Of a stretch of DNA of 64,000 bases, positions 60,231-64,000 are shown one piece after another. Position 1 is the stretch's first letter. Each line of letters opens with the position of its first letter. Below the pieces are notes generated by a model. The model saw only the letters and a list, made by a program, of their open reading frames with translations, made no database searches and was not told the DNA's origin. Where the stretch lies: assembly GCA_032718475.1 (NCBI GenBank), contig JAUCBJ010001126.1:107-64106 (forward strand), read 5' to 3'. The DNA is from Nemertoderma westbladi (Eukaryota; Animalia; Xenacoelomorpha). A program made the translations under genes and the position numbers.

Positions 60231-61264
60231 TAAAGTGGCACTCTACAGTGTGATGATCCGAGTGGCTTTGTTACACGAACGAACGTACTGAGTGAGTGAA
60301 AATAAAGACGCGAGGATCAGAACACTGTAAAGAACTTTGCAACAAGTTTGTATGTAGTTTTATTCCAAAATTTTAATATTACGAAATGATTGTACATATA
60401 TTATAAGTGATAGAAACTGCACAAATTATATTAGTTGCAGTATAAATAAATGTAAAAATTACAAAATCATGTTATAAATATGTTAGCTTATATTTATGGT
60501 GGCGTTTGGAGCCATGTTATAATAATATAGCTAGGCCCTACTGGTTATTAATAGCTATACCCCGCCTACCGGTAGGTAATGCAGTAGGCCTATCTGGCTG
60601 TCAGGCAAATTTCCACCTATTGTTTACGTGGTATCCAATGACGGCGTTAAGTAATGTCCACTAAGTGAACATTACTTAACTGATAACACCAAATGCAAAA
60701 CTAAATGTACATGCCAATACAATGATGTAATGTCCTCTAATGTTGTAAAGTGCTAAATAACAACTCGCTGTTAATAGTAACGGCGTTGAGTAATGTTACA
60801 ATTTTGGAATAAAATACCTTTACTTCAAAGTTGTGTTACTCGAGCTGACGAAAATATATAAATACTATTTATTTATTTATTTAATATATCAAATTGTTAA
60901 TTTTACTCTATATGTTTGGAATTAAATACATACAATTTCCAATATATCAAATTGAAGAAGAATGGCAGGGAATTACAGTCCCTCTCTCATTCATGAATAT
61001 CATTTCTTAAACTGGGTATCATTTCTCAAACCTTAGTTTTACTAATGATAGTCAACGGAGAATTTCGGTAAGGTAAGAGTTAAACAAGCGCGTAATCGCG
61101 CAAAGGTCCGCGTCTACTAATGTATGGTATGGTAACGAACGACACAGCCAGCTCGAGCTAACTCAAAGTAAATAGTGGCGCCAAAGGTTTGAGTGAGTTT
61201 GACTTCCAATTGTGCCATCATCAGCATTACTGAACCAGTACGGGATGGATAATTACTCTGGTTG

Positions 61265-62264
61265 GGGTGTAAACGTTGTAGCGACACTGTGTCGACTGTG
61301 TCAGCATAATGTTGTGTAGACAGTGTGCAAATAATGTGCAGAAAATGCGCCGACAGTGTCGGCGTTACGTTTTGCCGACAGCGGCGTTACGTTGTGCCAA
61401 CAGTGTCGGTATTATGTTGTGCCGATAGTGTAGGCGTTACGTTGTGCCGACAGTGTCGGGGTTACGTTATGCCGACTGTGTCGGCGTTACGTTGTGTCGA
61501 CAGTGTCGGCATTGCGTTGTGCTGACAGTGTCGGCGTTACGTTGTGACGACAGTGTCGGCGTTACGTTGTGTCGACAGTGTCAGCGTTACTTTGTGTCGA
61601 CAGTGTCAGCGTTACGTTGTGTCGACAGTGTCGGCGATACGTTGTGTCGACAGTGTCGTCGTTACGTTGTGTCGACAGTGTCGGCGTTACGTTGTACCGA
61701 CAGTGTCGGCGTTACGTTGTGCCGACAGTGTGGCGGGCTAAAACCTAAATATAAATAGGAGACTGTAGGATAAATCATCTGAGTTTCTGACAAAATACAG
61801 CAATACCATTCAGCCAAATGGACCTATGTCTGCCTGTACTGTATTCAGTTCCTGCAATCAGTAAATACAGCAATACCGTACACTGCTCACTGCTGTTGCT
61901 GTGTACTGTACGTGGTAGGCATATTGTCAGCTCAACGTAATGCCGACACTGTCGGCACTATGTAACGCCGATACTGTCGGCACAACGTATTGGCGACACT
62001 GTCGGAACAACGTAATGCCGACGATGTCGGCACAACGTAACGCCGACAATGTCGGCACAACGTAACGTCGAAACTATCGGTACAACGTAATGCGACCCCG
62101 ACATTGTCTGCATAACGTAACGTCGACAGTGTCGGTACAACGTAACGTCGACAGTGTCGGCACAACGTAACACCGACACTGTCGCACGACGTAACACCGA
62201 CACTGTAGACAATGTCGCTGACACTGTCGGTAAAGTGTCGGCTGTCGGGATAACGTTTACACCC
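61265..62264. mobile_element. Foldback/MULE-like element with inverted 25-bp minisatellite arms
   Basis: TIR GGGTGTAAACGTT; 9-bp TSD CTCTGGTTG/CTATGGTTG (one mismatch); unit CAGTGTCGGCGTTACGTTGTGTCGA forward on the left arm, reversed on the right. Confidence 0.82.
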
Positions 62265-64000
62265 CTATGGTTGTGTGAGACACCACATAAGGAAGGAGCC
62301 TCAGTCTGCTGAAGGGACTCTTAGTTAATTAGGTGAATTAGATAAGCTGGGCTGACCGGAATATGGTGTGTTTCATAAAAAACATGTTTAGGTAGGCCTA
62401 GTGGCTCCGGCGATTGGGCTGTTTACTGGTTTGCCAAGGCCAGGGACAATTCTCCAGGCAGCCAGGATGGTCGTATTAGTTACAAACTTTAAATGGACAC
62501 AGGTAGCATTATAATGTCCATTATACATATAATCTATTTTCTACGTCGTGTTGGAAGGATAGGTGGTGAGTCCACTTGAGCCACCACAACCCCCCCCCCC
62601 CCCACCCCCTCCATATTATAGGAAAGTTAAGGTGTAAATAAAGTTCATAATTAATAAAATAATGTTTAGCTATGAGTCAAAACTATTTTATAAATGTAAC
62701 CGGGAAGAAAGATCTTCCATTTAATAATTTATTATATAATTATTCTGATTTTATTCAGAATAAATTATTTAATAGCTTGCAATTGAATCCTCGCTGTCTA
62801 CCAGGGGGGAGGGCTGGTAATTACACCCAAACAAGCGCAATTATAGCAGAGTTGGATGATACACAAGAGTTTAGTTAAGGGAGTTGGTGCTGTATGAATG
62901 GGAATGGTACAATGGAGGGTCACGCGAGTTTGAGTTTGGGTTTGAGTAAACCAGACAAGTTTGAGCTAGTAAGAGAAAAGGTACCCAGTTTGAGAAACGG
63001 TATCTATAAAGAGATAGGGACTGTTCGATGCTTTGTATCAATCAATATTGAAAATGATGGTTAGACTTGCATCTCGCTTTTAATAACCCTTTAATTACTA
63101 CGAAGTATTTCACCTATCTTTGCCGTGTTTTATTTAAAAAACGTAGGTGGGAGTTATATAAATCGAAGAGTTGTCAAAAAATGGTGTAACCCCCCCCTGG
63201 TAATTAGCTGTTATACAGTATGTGTCGACGTGGGGGAGACCATTTTGATTGCATTACATTGAGAATGTCCTCCAAATTTTAACCCTCTTGTCTGGTAGAG
63301 GAGAGATTCATCAGACACCGCAGGCCATAAAAAACTGTAACAGTAGTCCCAATTCAGTATACAGTAGAAAGCTACACAGCGACACAGTGGCGAATTTAGT
63401 GGAATGATACATATTGTTGGACATGTGGGGAGCGAAATGAGCGAATTTTTTTAGTTCGAATTTTTTTAGTTCGTTGAAATGTATCATAATTCCACAATTG
63501 GGTCGTTTGCACAAAAAGTGGCCAAATTCCAGGTTAAAAAACAATTTTCGCCAACCCTATCAAATCATACATATTTCGAAAGCCCTTAAAGTGCTGATTT
63601 CAAATTTCATAGTGGTTCATTTTTTCTACCAATAGCAAAGAAGTTATGGAAGAAAAACGTAACTCTCGTCGGTAACGCTTTGTCTCATATGTAACGCAAG
63701 TTTAAACCAATCAGGTAGTCGTTAAGAGTTAAAACTGACCAATTAAATAAGATAATAATATGAACGCATTATATTATTATTACAGTACAGGCCACCAGAA
63801 AACGCAGATTTGTGATCAAATGTGCACCAGTGTAATGTAATGTTGTTGAACGGGACAATTGAACATAATTGACAAAATTAATTGGCAAAATTAATTAAAA
63901 AATAATTGGCAACAACCAAAATTTGTTCGCCAAAGGATACAATTGAATACTTTTGAAACGCTTAGTAATCTGGAAACTCTCTGTAGTTTGCCGCCAAATT

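Overview
Repeat-rich metazoan (invertebrate-like) nuclear DNA. Host genes: intronless RPL18 (263-829, -), intronless glutaredoxin (40347-40640, +) and a spliced CNBP/GIS2-like CCHC zinc-knuckle gene (-; coding exons 53838-53598, 52695-52498, 41852-41585). The 10.6 kb intron of that gene is almost entirely a minisatellite whose ~39-bp unit is the end of the upstream exon plus its GTAAGT donor. A ~4.3 kb non-coding segment occurs twice in direct orientation (3604-20831, 33391-38721). Each copy carries five co-oriented CTCF-like sites at ~147-bp spacing, and each copy shows the empty sites for the other's insertions (a gag-only Bel/Pao-like LTR element, an RTE-X LINE missing its RT core, MITEs). 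Between the copies lie an NCLDV/iridovirus-like VLTF3 gene fragment, a tRNA SINE, a near-intact L2/CR1-group LINE, a GC-rich nucleoside-phosphorylase-domain gene split by a TSD-flanked insertion, an 82-bp satellite and an orphan ORF. The rest is MITEs and foldbacks. All family assignments come from motif recognition by eye, not database searches.
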